From assembly GCA_022826125.1 (NCBI GenBank), contig JAJDVM010000217.1:313-64312 (forward strand): a stretch of DNA of 64,000 nt. The letters are read 5' to 3'. Position 1 is the first letter of the stretch. The number at the start of each line of letters is the position of its first letter. The DNA comes from Defluviicoccus sp. GTDB lineage: Bacteria; Pseudomonadota; Alphaproteobacteria; MPNO01. This document shows, in pieces, positions 6,609 to 15,904 of this stretch. The translations under genes were made by a program, and so were the position numbers. The notes under the pieces are model-generated. The model saw only the letters and a list, made by a program, of their open reading frames with translations. It was not told the origin of the DNA and did no database searches.

Positions 6609-8924
6609 CTACGCCTTCCCCGCCCGCTTCAGGATCGCCCGCAGCCGTTCCGGCGTGACCGGCAGGCGGTCGATGGCGCCGGGGATGCCGATGGCGGCGT
6701 CGATGGCGGAGGCGATGGCCGCGCCGACCGCGTTGATCCCGCCTTCGCCGGCGCCCTTCACGCCGAGCCCGTTATAGGGGCTCGGCGCGTCCTCGGTGAG
6801 CAGCAGGTCGATGGGCGGGGTCTCGGCCAGCGTCGGCATCAGATAGTCGGCGAAGGTGACCGAGAGCGGCGCGCCGGTCTCGTCGTAGCGGAACTCCTCA
6901 AGGAGCGCGCCGCCGAGCCCCTGCACGCAGCCGCCGGTGAGCTGGCCGTCGACCAGCATCGGGTTCACCGCGCGGCCGACATCGTAGGCGACCAGGAACC
7001 GCTCGACCTCGACCGCGCCGGTGCCCGGGTCGACGCGGACCTGGGCGATGTGGACGCCGTAGGGGTAGGCCATCAGGTCGGTGCGGTGCCAGCCTTCCGC
7101 CGAGAGGCCGGGATCGCGCCCCGCCAGCAGCGGCGAGCCCGGCGCCAGCCGGCGGGCGATCTCGCCGAGCTCGATCTCCGCGCCGCCCTCGCGGTCGGTC
7201 CGCGCGACCTTTCCGCCGGCGACGTCGAGCGCGTCGGCGGGCGCCTGGAGCAGTTCCGCCGCCGCCTCGACGGCCCTGGCGCGCAGCTTCTCGCTCGCGA
7301 TCCGGACCGCCTCGCCGGTCATCACCGTGGCGCGCGAGGAATGCGCGCCGAAGCCGTAATCGATCAGGTCGGTGCGGCCGTGGACGACGCGGACCCGGCG
7401 GTAATCGACCCCGAGCGTCTCGGCGCAGATCTGGGCCATGACGGTCTCGAACCCCTGGCCGAGCGAGGCGCCGCCGGTCAGCAGCTCGACCGCGCCCGTC
7501 GTGTCGACCCGGATACGCACCCCATCGGCCGGGCCGGGGCCGCTCTTCTCGACGAACAGCGCGAGCCCGGCGCCGGCCAGCTCGCCGTTCGCGCGGCGAG
7601 TCGACATTCCGGCCTGCATGTCGTCCCAGCCGGCGCGCGCCAGCGCCTTGTCGAGCAGCCTCGCGTAGTCGCCCGAATCGTAGACCACCTCGTGGTCGAT
7701 CGTGTCGATGCCGCCCGCGAACGGCATTTCGTCCGACGCGATCAGATTGCGGCGCCTTATGTCGACCGGGTCGGCATTCAGATATGCCGCCACGGCATCG
7801 AGCAGGCGTTCGCGGACGAATGTCGCCTCGTAGCGCCCGGGCGAGCGGTAGGTCGCGGCCGGCGTCTTGTTGGTCAGCCGCACATGGCCGCGCGACCGGT
7901 AGGCCGGGAACCGGTAGGGGCCCGGCATCATGCCGGCCGTCATGTCGGGCACGCGCACCCCGTGGGTGCGGATATAGGCGCCCTGGTCGTGCAGGAAAAT
8001 GTCGTCGACACCGCGCACGATGCCGTCGGCATCCACCGCCGCGCGGATCCGGTGGGTCTGCTCGCGCGAATGGTTGGTCGCCTGCAAATGCTCCCAGCGA
8101 TCCTCGATCCACTTGACCGGCCGGGCGAGGCGGAGCGCGGCGGCGCAGACCAGATATTCCTCCGGGTACAGCTCGCCGCGCACGCCGAACCCGCCGCCGA
8201 TCTGCCCCTCGTAGAACTGGACAGAGGAGGGCGGGCGGCCGAGCGCCGCCGCCATCTGGTCGCGGTTGAAATGCGGCCGCTTGGTCGCGCCGTGGAGCTC
8301 CAGCACGTCGCGCCCGGCATCGTGGACCGCCACCGCGCCCCTGGTCTCCATCGGCACCGCGGAGTGGCGTCCGACCGAGACCTCGATCCTGACCGTCGCG
8401 TGGGCGGCCTCGAACGCCGCCTCGACGTCGCCGCGCGCCTTCTCCAGCACATGCGCCTCGGTCGAGCGCTCGGCGTCGAACGGTCCCGGCTCGTCCTCCG
8501 CCGAGAGGATCGGCGGCAGGTCGCGATAGGACGCCGCGACCAGCTCGGCCGCGTCCTCCGCGCGGTACGGGCTGTCGGCGAACACCGCCGCGACCGGCTC
8601 GCCGACATAGCGCACCTTGCCGCGCGCGAGGATGTGCTGCCGGTAGGGCTCCAGCCCCTTCACCCGGGTCGCGCGGAACGCGATCGGGCCGATATCGGCG
8701 ACGTCTTCGGCGGTCCATACCGCGGCGACGCCCGGCGCCGCGCGGGCCTCGTCGGCGTCGACGGAGAGCAGTTCGGCGTGCGCGCGGTCCGAGCGCACGA
8801 TGCGCATGTGGAGCTGGCGCGGAAAGGATATGTCGCCGACGAACCGGCCCGCGCCGCCGATCAGCGGCGGGTCTTCGAGACGCGCGACGCGCTTGCCGAT
8901 CCACGCCTCGCGGCGCGCCGTCAT
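6609..8924 (-). CDS. xanthine dehydrogenase/CoxL family molybdopterin-binding subunit
   Basis: R.EDP.LI.G.G.FVGDI, IGGGFG, TYRSPGR loop, GQG.ET..AQ, GVKGAGEGG; ATGA overlap with 2Fe-2S subunit. Confidence 0.92.
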   Translation of the reverse strand: MTARREAWIGKRVARLEDPPLIGGAGRFVGDISFPRQLHMRIVRSDRAHAELLSVDADEARAAPGVAAVWTAEDVADIGPIAFRATRVKGLEPYRQHILARGKVRYVGEPVAAVFADSPYRAEDAAELVAASYRDLPPILSAEDEPGPFDAERSTEAHVLEKARGDVEAAFEAAHATVRIEVSVGRHSAVPMETRGAVAVHDAGRDVLELHGATKRPHFNRDQMAAALGRPPSSVQFYEGQIGGGFGVRGELYPEEYLVCAAALRLARPVKWIEDRWEHLQATNHSREQTHRIRAAVDADGIVRGVDDIFLHDQGAYIRTHGVRVPDMTAGMMPGPYRFPAYRSRGHVRLTNKTPAATYRSPGRYEATFVRERLLDAVAAYLNADPVDIRRRNLIASDEMPFAGGIDTIDHEVVYDSGDYARLLDKALARAGWDDMQAGMSTRRANGELAGAGLALFVEKSGPGPADGVRIRVDTTGAVELLTGGASLGQGFETVMAQICAETLGVDYRRVRVVHGRTDLIDYGFGAHSSRATVMTGEAVRIASEKLRARAVEAAAELLQAPADALDVAGGKVARTDREGGAEIELGEIARRLAPGSPLLAGRDPGLSAEGWHRTDLMAYPYGVHIAQVRVDPGTGAVEVERFLVAYDVGRAVNPMLVDGQLTGGCVQGLGGALLEEFRYDETGAPLSVTFADYLMPTLAETPPIDLLLTEDAPSPYNGLGVKGAGEGGINAVGAAIASAIDAAIGIPGAIDRLPVTPERLRAILKRAGKA

Positions 8925-9406
8925 CCGCCCCCGGCCTTCATCGCGGCCCGGGCGTCCTTCACCGCGTCGAGAATGTTGAGATAGCCGGTGCAGCGGCAGA
9001 GGTTGGACGCCAGAGCCTCGCGCAGCCCCGCCTCGTCGATATCGGGCTCGCGCTCCAGCACGCCCAGGGCCAGCATCAGGAATCCCGGGGTGCAGAACCC
9101 GCATTGCAGCGCGTGACGGTCGATGAAGGCCCGTTGCAGCGGGTGCAGCTTATCGCCGTCGGCGAGCCCCTCGACGGTGCGGATCTCCGCGCCCTCCGCC
9201 TGGCCCGCGAACATCAGGCAGCTCCTGACCGGCGCGCCGTCAAGCAGGATCGTGCAGGCGCCGCACACCCCGTGCTCGCAGCCGAGATGGGTGCCGGTCA
9301 GCCCGCAATCCTCGCGGATCGTGTCGGCCAGCGTCTTGCGCGGCTCGACGCGGACGGTATGCGCCTCGCCGTTGACCGTGAACGAGACTTCGCGCGGCGC
9401 CGTCAT
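8921..9406 (-). CDS. (2Fe-2S)-binding subunit (CoxS-like)
   Basis: GCEHGVCGAC, QCGFCTPG, NLCRCTGY. Confidence 0.95.
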   Translation of the reverse strand: MTAPREVSFTVNGEAHTVRVEPRKTLADTIREDCGLTGTHLGCEHGVCGACTILLDGAPVRSCLMFAGQAEGAEIRTVEGLADGDKLHPLQRAFIDRHALQCGFCTPGFLMLALGVLEREPDIDEAGLREALASNLCRCTGYLNILDAVKDARAAMKAGGG

Positions 9407-10260
9407 CGGGCGGCGTCCGCCAGCGCGCGCTCGACCATGACGGCGGCGATCTCGCTCCGGTAGCCCGCGCTCGCGTGGGAATCCGCCATCGCGTCCACGG
9501 CTTCCGAAACGGCCGCGCCGGCCTCGCGGAACAGGTCCGGGCCCGGCGCGCGGCCGGCCAGCACCGCCTCGCCCTCCGGGATCCGGCGCGGACGGGCCTC
9601 GACCCCGCCGAGCCCCACCCTCGGCTCGACGATCGCCCCGTCCTCGACCCGGTAGAGGACGAGCGCCATCGCCAGCGCGAAATCGCCGGCGCGGCGGGCG
9701 AACTCGCAAAACCCCCAGCGTGTGTCCGGCGCGGGGCGGGGGAGCTCGGCGCGGACCAGCAGCTCGTCTTCGGCGAGCGCGGTCGTCATCGCCCATTCGA
9801 AGAAATCGGCCGCCGCGATCTCCCGCTCGCCGCGCACGCTCCGCGCTGTCAGCCTTGCGTCCAGCGTCGCCGCGGCGAGGCACCACTCCGATGCCGGGTC
9901 GGCATGCGCGAGGCTGCCGCAGAACGTGCCCCGCATGCGGATCGGGTAGTGCCCGATATGACGGACCATGGCGGCCAGAAGCGCGCCGAGCGGCCCGTCC
10001 TCGACCGGGCGGTGGAAGTCGCAATGCCTGGCGAGCGCGCCGATCGACATCGAGTCGGCATTTGCCGCGATCCCCTCGAGGCCGGAAATGCCGTTTATGT
10101 CGACCAGGTGCGCGGGACGCGCGAGCCGGAACGCCATCGTCGGCACCAGGCTCTGCCCGCCCGCCAGAATCCGCGCGTCCTCGCCGGCATGGGCGGCAAG
10201 GAGCGCCGCCGCCTCGTCGACCGTCCCCGGCAAATGATGGGTGAACGGCGCCGGCTTCAT
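9403..10260 (-). CDS. FAD-binding subunit (CoxM-like)
   Basis: MKPAPF, LAGGQSLVP, IR.RGT.CGSLAHADPASE, RRAGDFA. Confidence 0.93.
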   Translation of the reverse strand: MKPAPFTHHLPGTVDEAAALLAAHAGEDARILAGGQSLVPTMAFRLARPAHLVDINGISGLEGIAANADSMSIGALARHCDFHRPVEDGPLGALLAAMVRHIGHYPIRMRGTFCGSLAHADPASEWCLAAATLDARLTARSVRGEREIAAADFFEWAMTTALAEDELLVRAELPRPAPDTRWGFCEFARRAGDFALAMALVLYRVEDGAIVEPRVGLGGVEARPRRIPEGEAVLAGRAPGPDLFREAGAAVSEAVDAMADSHASAGYRSEIAAVMVERALADAAR

Positions 10261-10350
10261 CGGGGTCTCGGCATGTCGGACGTCGCCGCGATCGGCTGCA
10301 TGTCCGGAACACTTATAGAAGCGTATGCATCCTGCCTAGAGCGGAGCCCC
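10203..10350. repeat. 148-bp direct repeat copy 1 (coxM-like upstream region + first codons)
   Basis: Aligns ungapped with 10860-11007 at offset 657 with a few substitutions. Confidence 0.92.
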
Positions 10351-10450
10351 GGCGGCCGGTACTGAGCAACCGGATAAAAGGGTAGCACTACGGACCGATT
10401 GGATGGGTAACAGTGTTCCGGGTTCGTTCGGCTTCCGCCGGTCCAACGGA

Positions 10451-10690
10451 TCAGAGCGCCATCGAATACGAAAGAACCTCCGGCTTTTCGTCGACGATTT
10501 TCTGGGCGATGAAGTTTTCCGGGCCGAAGCGTTCGTTGCCGACATAGACGGCGCGCTCCATGCTGTCGAAGAAGTCGACGACTTCCCCGTTGTAAATCAC
10601 CGCCACGTGGCCTTCGTGCGTCTTCAGGAGCTCGGGCAGTTGCCCGAGGAAAGCCTCGTAGTTCTCTTCTAGCGTTGTCTCTCTTGCCAT
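10451..10690 (-). CDS. small hypothetical protein (DUF5678-like)
   Basis: MARETTLEENYEAFLGQLPELLKTHEGHVAVIYNGEVVDFFDS..RA...G.ERFG; GGAGG RBS. Confidence 0.7.
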   Translation of the reverse strand: MARETTLEENYEAFLGQLPELLKTHEGHVAVIYNGEVVDFFDSMERAVYVGNERFGPENFIAQKIVDEKPEVLSYSMAL

Positions 10691-10917
10691 TGCTCGCCCT
10701 CCACGACGAAAGTGAGCGAAAGTCCACCTTCGGGTCTTCTGATGAGGAAGGTGTTTCCCTTCCCGATGATGTCCATGCCGATCAGGATGTCGTTCCCACC
10801 CAGTTGCCCATCGTCTTCCAACCCGGCGATCTCGGTGAAGTAAAGCGTAGGACCGTCCGGCGCCGTCGCCTCGTCGACCGTCCCCGGCAAATGATGGGTA
10901 AACGGGGCCAGCTTCAT
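10669..10917 (-). pseudogene. chimera: duplicated CoxM-like N-terminus fused to C-terminal fragment of a retropepsin-like aspartyl protease
   Basis: MKLAPFTHHLPGTVDEA (repeat copy) then DILIGMDIIGKG; no DTG catalytic motif. Confidence 0.6.
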
Positions 10918-11007
10918 CGGGGTCTCGGCATGTCGGGCGTCGCCGCGATCGGCTGCATGCCCCGAACACTTATAGAAGCGTATGCATCCTGCCTAGAGCG
11001 GAGCCCC
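10860..11007. repeat. 148-bp direct repeat copy 2
   Basis: Near-identical to 10203-10350. Confidence 0.92.
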
Positions 11008-11141
11008 CGTTCGCCGCCCTACCCCGACCCCTCCCGCCTTTCCCGCTCTTCGCCCGCGCGGGTATGTCTGCTATCGTGCCGGCGGCGGCGCGATCCGCTT
11101 GAGTTCGCACGGTCGGGGCGCCGCTCGGGGCGAGAGGGTGA

Positions 11142-12257
11142 ATGGACCCGGATAGATCCAGCATCGTCAGGTTCGACCGCGTCCAGAAGAGCTACGACGG
11201 CGAGACGCTGGTCATCAAGGACCTCAACCTCGACATCGAGGAGGGGGAGTTCCTGACCATGCTGGGGCCGTCCGGGTCGGGCAAGACGACCTGCCTGATG
11301 ATGCTCGCCGGGTTCGAGCCGGCGACCCACGGCGAGATCTATCTCAACGACCGGCCGATCAACCATGTCGCGCCGCACCGGCGCGGCATCGGCATGGTGT
11401 TCCAGAACTACGCTCTGTTCCCCCACATGACGGTGGCGGAGAACCTCGCCTTTCCGCTGCAGGTCCGGCGCCTGCCCAGGGCCGATATCGGGGCCAGGGT
11501 CGAACGGGTGCTCGACATGGTCCGGCTGTCCGGGTTCGGGAACCGCCGGCCCGCGCAGCTTTCCGGCGGCCAGCAGCAGCGCGTGGCGGTGGCGCGGGCG
11601 CTGGTGTTCGAGCCGGCGCTGGTGCTGATGGACGAACCGCTCGGCGCGCTCGACAAGAACCTGCGCGAGGAGATGCAGTACGAGATCAAGCATATCCACG
11701 AGACGCTCGGCGTGACGGTGATCTACGTCACCCACGACCAGTCCGAGGCGCTGACGATGTCGAGCCGGATCGCGGTCTTCAACGACGGCGTCATCCAGCA
11801 GCTAGCGACGCCGAGCGTGCTCTACGAGGAGCCCGAAAACTGCTTCGTCGCGCAGTTCATCGGCGAGAACAACCGCTTGCACGGCACCGTGGAGTCGGTT
11901 CACGGGGAGTTCTGCGAGGTGGCGCTCGACGACGGGGCGACGATCCGCGCGCTCAAGGTGAACGTGGACGGCGACCGGGAGCCGACGACCCTCTCGCTCC
12001 GCCCCGAGCGCGTCGCGATCGAGCCCAACGGGGAGGCGGCGGACAATGTCGTCAGCGGCCGCGTCGAGGAGCTGATCTATCTCGGCGACCATATCCGCGC
12101 CCGCCTCACCGTCGCCGGCAACGACGAGTTCATCGTCAAGGTCCCCAACGCCAACCGGCATGCCTCGCTCAGCGAGGGTGCACAGGTTCGCCTCGGCTGG
12201 GCGGCGGAGGATTGCCGGGCGCTCGACGCGGCGGGAACGATGTCCGCGCCCGGATAG
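11142..12257 (+). CDS. polyamine-type ABC transporter ATP-binding protein (PotA-like)
   Basis: GPSGSGKT, LSGGQQQR, LMDEPLGALD, C-terminal TOBE region. Confidence 0.92.
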   Translation: MDPDRSSIVRFDRVQKSYDGETLVIKDLNLDIEEGEFLTMLGPSGSGKTTCLMMLAGFEPATHGEIYLNDRPINHVAPHRRGIGMVFQNYALFPHMTVAENLAFPLQVRRLPRADIGARVERVLDMVRLSGFGNRRPAQLSGGQQQRVAVARALVFEPALVLMDEPLGALDKNLREEMQYEIKHIHETLGVTVIYVTHDQSEALTMSSRIAVFNDGVIQQLATPSVLYEEPENCFVAQFIGENNRLHGTVESVHGEFCEVALDDGATIRALKVNVDGDREPTTLSLRPERVAIEPNGEAADNVVSGRVEELIYLGDHIRARLTVAGNDEFIVKVPNANRHASLSEGAQVRLGWAAEDCRALDAAGTMSAPG

Positions 12258-12320
12258 CGCGGCAAGTGCGTGCGGACCGGACGGTCCGGTCGATTCGGTC
12301 AAGCAAAAGGGAGAGTCCCG

Positions 12321-13424
12321 ATGAAATACAAGATGAAATCCGCAGCGGCCGCGGCCGCCCTTGCCCTGTGCGCCGGCGGCGTCCACGCGACGGACCTGAC
12401 CATCGTGTCGTGGGGCGGCGCCTACACGGCGAGCCAGCAGAAGGCCTATCACGACCCCTACATGGCGGCGAACCCGGGGGTGAAGATCGTCAACGACGAT
12501 TCGGCCGCCGAGGGGCTGGCGAAGCTGAGGGCCCAGGTCGAGTCGGGCAAGGTGACCTGGGACATCGTCGACATGGTCGCCGCCGACGCGATCGTCGCCT
12601 GCGACGAGGGGCTGCTCGAACAGGTCGACCCCGACAGCTGGCTGGCGGCGGCGCCCGACGGCACCCCCGCGTCGAAGGACTTCTTCGCCGGCACGCTGAC
12701 GATCGGCGGGACCAATTGCTTCATCCCGCAGATCGTCTACTCGACGACGTTCGGCTACCGCACCGACGCCTTCAAGGGCAGGCAGCCGTCGACCATCGCC
12801 GACGTGTTCGACCTCAAGACGTTCCCCGGCAAGCGCGGGCTGGAAAAGAAGCCGATCGCGAACCTGGAATGGGCGCTGATCGCCGACGGCGTTCCGGGCA
12901 AGGACGTCTACAAGGCGCTGAGCACGCCCGCGGGCGTGGACCGGGCGTTCGCCAAGCTCGACACCATCAAGGATCAGGTGATCTGGTGGACCAAGGGCGC
13001 CCAGCCGCCCCAGCTCCTGGCGGACGGCGAGGTGGCGATCTCCTCGGCCTATAACGGGCGTCTGTTCTCGGCCATCGTCGAGAAGAAGCAGCCGATCGCG
13101 ATGCTGTGGGACTGGCAGGCCTTCGACCTGGATGGCTGGGTGGTGCCCAAGGGAGTCAAGGACCTCAAGGCGGTCAAGAAGTACCTGCGCTACGCCACCG
13201 ACACGCAGCGGCTGGCCGACCAGGCGAAGTACATCTCCTACGGCCCGGCGCGGTACTCGTCCGCTCCCAGGGTCGGCAAGCACGCCGACCTCGGTATCGA
13301 CATGAAGCCGCACATGCCGACCAGCCCGGAGAACGCGAAGACCATCCTGATCTTCGACTATGTCTGGTGGGCGGATCATCGGGCCGAGCTCGACGAGCGG
13401 TTCAACGCCTGGCTCGCCAAGTAG
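12321..13424 (+). CDS. ABC transporter periplasmic binding protein (PotD/PotF family)
   Basis: Signal peptide, SWGGAY..SQ, LEWALIADG, YNGR; GGGAG RBS. Confidence 0.9.
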   Translation: MKYKMKSAAAAAALALCAGGVHATDLTIVSWGGAYTASQQKAYHDPYMAANPGVKIVNDDSAAEGLAKLRAQVESGKVTWDIVDMVAADAIVACDEGLLEQVDPDSWLAAAPDGTPASKDFFAGTLTIGGTNCFIPQIVYSTTFGYRTDAFKGRQPSTIADVFDLKTFPGKRGLEKKPIANLEWALIADGVPGKDVYKALSTPAGVDRAFAKLDTIKDQVIWWTKGAQPPQLLADGEVAISSAYNGRLFSAIVEKKQPIAMLWDWQAFDLDGWVVPKGVKDLKAVKKYLRYATDTQRLADQAKYISYGPARYSSAPRVGKHADLGIDMKPHMPTSPENAKTILIFDYVWWADHRAELDERFNAWLAK

Positions 13425-13434
13425 CGGCGTTCGC

Positions 13435-13472
13435 CCGGGCGGACGCGATCGGAGCGTCCGCCCGGCGCTTTT
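13435..13472 (+). terminator. intercistronic hairpin / rho-independent terminator
   Basis: ccgggcggacgc-loop-gcgtccgcccgg (12-bp stem) followed by a T-run. Confidence 0.6.
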
Positions 13473-13502
13473 CTCCGCCCCGCCGGACGACCGGTACCGC
13501 CC

Positions 13503-14765
13503 ATGTCCACGGCGCCGGATGACGTGATGCGAACGGCGGACGGCGTGCCGCTGAAGATCAGCCTCCGGCGGGCGCAGGTGCGCGGCCGGATCCGCGCGCT
13601 GCTGCTGGTGCTCCCGCTGCTGGGCTTTCTGCTCGTCGCCTTCCTGCTGCCGATCGGCGACATGCTGTTCCGGGGCGTCGACAACCGGATCGTCGCGTCG
13701 GTCCTGCCGGGCACCGCCGCCGCCATCCAGGACTGGAACCCCAACGGCGCCGAACTGCCGGACGACGCCGTTTTCCACGCCCTGGTCCTCGACATTCGGG
13801 CGGCCTTCGAGGAAAGGACGCTGGGCCGCGTGGGCCGCCGGCTGAACTACGAAAAGCCCGGCATGTCGAGCCTGTTCCGGAAAACCGGGAGACGCGCCGC
13901 GCGGATAGCCGGGCCGCCCTGGCGCGACCGGCTCGTCGCGGTCGACAGGCGCTGGGCCGACATCGACATCTGGCGCCTGATCCATCGGGAATCGGGCGCG
14001 TTGACGGGCAGCTACTTCCTCGCCTCGGTCGACTTGCGGCTGAACGACCGGGGCGAGGTCGTCAGGCAGCCGGAGCCGCGTCGCATTTACCTGACGCTGT
14101 TCGTGCGCACGCTCTGGATGAGCGGGGCGATCACCCTCTTGTGCCTGCTGCTCGCCTATCCGGTTTCCTACCTGATGGCGACCCTGCCGCTCAGGATCAG
14201 CAATTTGCTGATGATCTGCGTGCTGCTGCCGTTCTGGACGTCGCTGCTGGTGCGGACGACGTCGTGGATCGCGCTGCTGCAGACCGAAGGGGTGCTGAAC
14301 GATTTGCTGGTCTTCGCCGGGCTGATCCCGGAAGACGGCCGGCTGCAGATGATCCACAACAAGTTCGGCACGTTCGTGGCGATGGTCCACATCCTGCTGC
14401 CGTTCATGATCCTGCCGCTTTATTCGGTGATGAAGACGATTCCGCCGTCGCTGATGCGCGCCGCCCGCTCGCTCGGGGCGACGCCGTTCACCGCCTTCGT
14501 CAGGGTCTACATGCCGAACACGGTCTCCGGCGTGGGCGCCGGCTGCATCATGGTGTTCATCCTGTCGATCGGCTACTACATCACCCCGGCCCTGGTCGGC
14601 GGCCGGACCGGCACCTTCATCTCGAACTTCATCGCGATCCATGTCAGCGAGACCCTGAACTGGGGTCTCGCGGCGGCGCTCGGCGCGTTGCTGCTCGGCC
14701 TCGTGCTCGCGCTCTATCTGCTCTACGACCGGATCGTCGGCATCGACAACATGAAGCTGGGTTGA
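13503..14765 (+). CDS. ABC transporter permease (PotB-like)
   Basis: LLPFWTSLLVRT, LPFMILPLY, AARSLGA. Confidence 0.9.
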   Translation: MSTAPDDVMRTADGVPLKISLRRAQVRGRIRALLLVLPLLGFLLVAFLLPIGDMLFRGVDNRIVASVLPGTAAAIQDWNPNGAELPDDAVFHALVLDIRAAFEERTLGRVGRRLNYEKPGMSSLFRKTGRRAARIAGPPWRDRLVAVDRRWADIDIWRLIHRESGALTGSYFLASVDLRLNDRGEVVRQPEPRRIYLTLFVRTLWMSGAITLLCLLLAYPVSYLMATLPLRISNLLMICVLLPFWTSLLVRTTSWIALLQTEGVLNDLLVFAGLIPEDGRLQMIHNKFGTFVAMVHILLPFMILPLYSVMKTIPPSLMRAARSLGATPFTAFVRVYMPNTVSGVGAGCIMVFILSIGYYITPALVGGRTGTFISNFIAIHVSETLNWGLAAALGALLLGLVLALYLLYDRIVGIDNMKLG

Positions 14766-14772
14766 GACGGCG

Positions 14773-15624
14773 ATGGCGCTGCCGGTCTACACCACCCCGA
14801 CGGAGAAGGCCTGGCACTACGCCTACCGGACGATATGCGCCGCGATCTTCGTGTTCCCGATCGTGCCGATCTTCGTGATCGTCCCGCTGAGCTTCAACGA
14901 GCTGCCCTATTTCACTTTCACCCCGGAAATGCTGGCGCTCGATCCGGCGGGCTACAGCACCAGATGGTACCGCGAGTTCTTCACCGAGGATTCGTGGCAG
15001 GACGCGGTCCGGAACAGCCTCGTCATCGCGATTTTCGCGACGCTGATCTCGACCGTCCTCGGGACGCTGGCCGCCCTCGGCCTCAGCCGGTCGGAGATGC
15101 CGTTCAAGACCGGCCTCATGGCGCTCCTGATCTCGCCGATGGTGGTTCCGCTGATCATCTCCGCCACCGGCATGTATTTCTTCTACACCCGGATCGGGAT
15201 CTCCTCGACGCATCTGGGCGTCATCGTCGCCCACGCCGCCCTCGGCACCCCGTTCGTGCTGATCACCGTCACGGCGACGCTGGTGGGTTTCGACCGTTCG
15301 CTGACCCGCGCGGCGGCGAGCCTCGGCGCCAACCCGGTCCAGACCTTCTTCAGGGTCGTCATGCCGCTGATCCTGCCGGGGGTCGTCGCCGGCGCGCTGT
15401 TCGCCTTCATCACCTCGTTCGACGAGGTCGTGGTGGTGCTGTTCGTGGGCTCGGTGGAACAGCGCACCATCCCGTGGAAGATGTTCTCCGGCATCAGGGA
15501 GGAGATCCGCCCGACCATCCTCGCGGTGGCGACGCTGCTGGTCTGCGTCTCGATCCTGCTCCTGACCACGCTGGAGCTGCTGCGCCGGCGCGGCGAGCGC
15601 CTGCGCGGAATCCGGCCCGGCTGA
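14773..15624 (+). CDS. ABC transporter permease (PotC-like)
   Basis: AAASLGA, FITSFDEVVV. Confidence 0.9.
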   Translation: MALPVYTTPTEKAWHYAYRTICAAIFVFPIVPIFVIVPLSFNELPYFTFTPEMLALDPAGYSTRWYREFFTEDSWQDAVRNSLVIAIFATLISTVLGTLAALGLSRSEMPFKTGLMALLISPMVVPLIISATGMYFFYTRIGISSTHLGVIVAHAALGTPFVLITVTATLVGFDRSLTRAAASLGANPVQTFFRVVMPLILPGVVAGALFAFITSFDEVVVVLFVGSVEQRTIPWKMFSGIREEIRPTILAVATLLVCVSILLLTTLELLRRRGERLRGIRPG

Positions 15625-15677
15625 CGCGGGGGGCAGGACGGGAAACGGTCCCAATCGACACCGGCAAAGGCGCGACC

Positions 15678-15751
15678 TGGCTGGGGGACCTGGATTCGAA
15701 CCAGGACTGCTCGGGTCAGAGCCGAGAGTTCTACCGTTAAACTATCCCCCA
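15678..15751 (-). tRNA. tRNA-Gln (CTG)
   Basis: TGGGGGATAGTTTAACGGTAGAA-CTCGG-CTCTGAC-CCGAG...GGTTCGAATCC...CCCCCAGCCA; cloverleaf with CCA end. Confidence 0.95.
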
Positions 15752-15904
15752 GCGGATCGGGAACGGCAGAGAATAGCGTCATTCGATGCCCGATCAAGAC
15801 GCTCCCCGAGCGCGTGTCCCGGCGGCAATTGTTCGATATCTAACGTTGCCTGTAGAATTTCCCGGCGGGACTGTCCGATCGACGACCCGGGAGAGGCGGA
15901 GGAC

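Noticed and set aside
6609-8924. Aerobic CO dehydrogenase
   Set aside because: Lacks AYxCSFR or AYRGAGR, and no coxDEFG accessory genes are present.
6306-8984. Long antisense or alternative-frame ORFs (this 892-aa ORF, also 11802-14642, 17931-20339, 33538-35736 and others)
   Set aside because: They shadow well-supported genes and have Arg/Ala/Gly/Pro-rich composition typical of high-GC artefacts.
10415-10429. Second GTTC-N7-GTTC LexA-like match
   Set aside because: GC-rich spacer, located at a gene 3' end with no adjacent promoter elements; probably chance.
15678-15751. tRNA-Gln as an island attachment site
   Set aside because: No integrase and no duplicated tRNA 3' end seen in the window.
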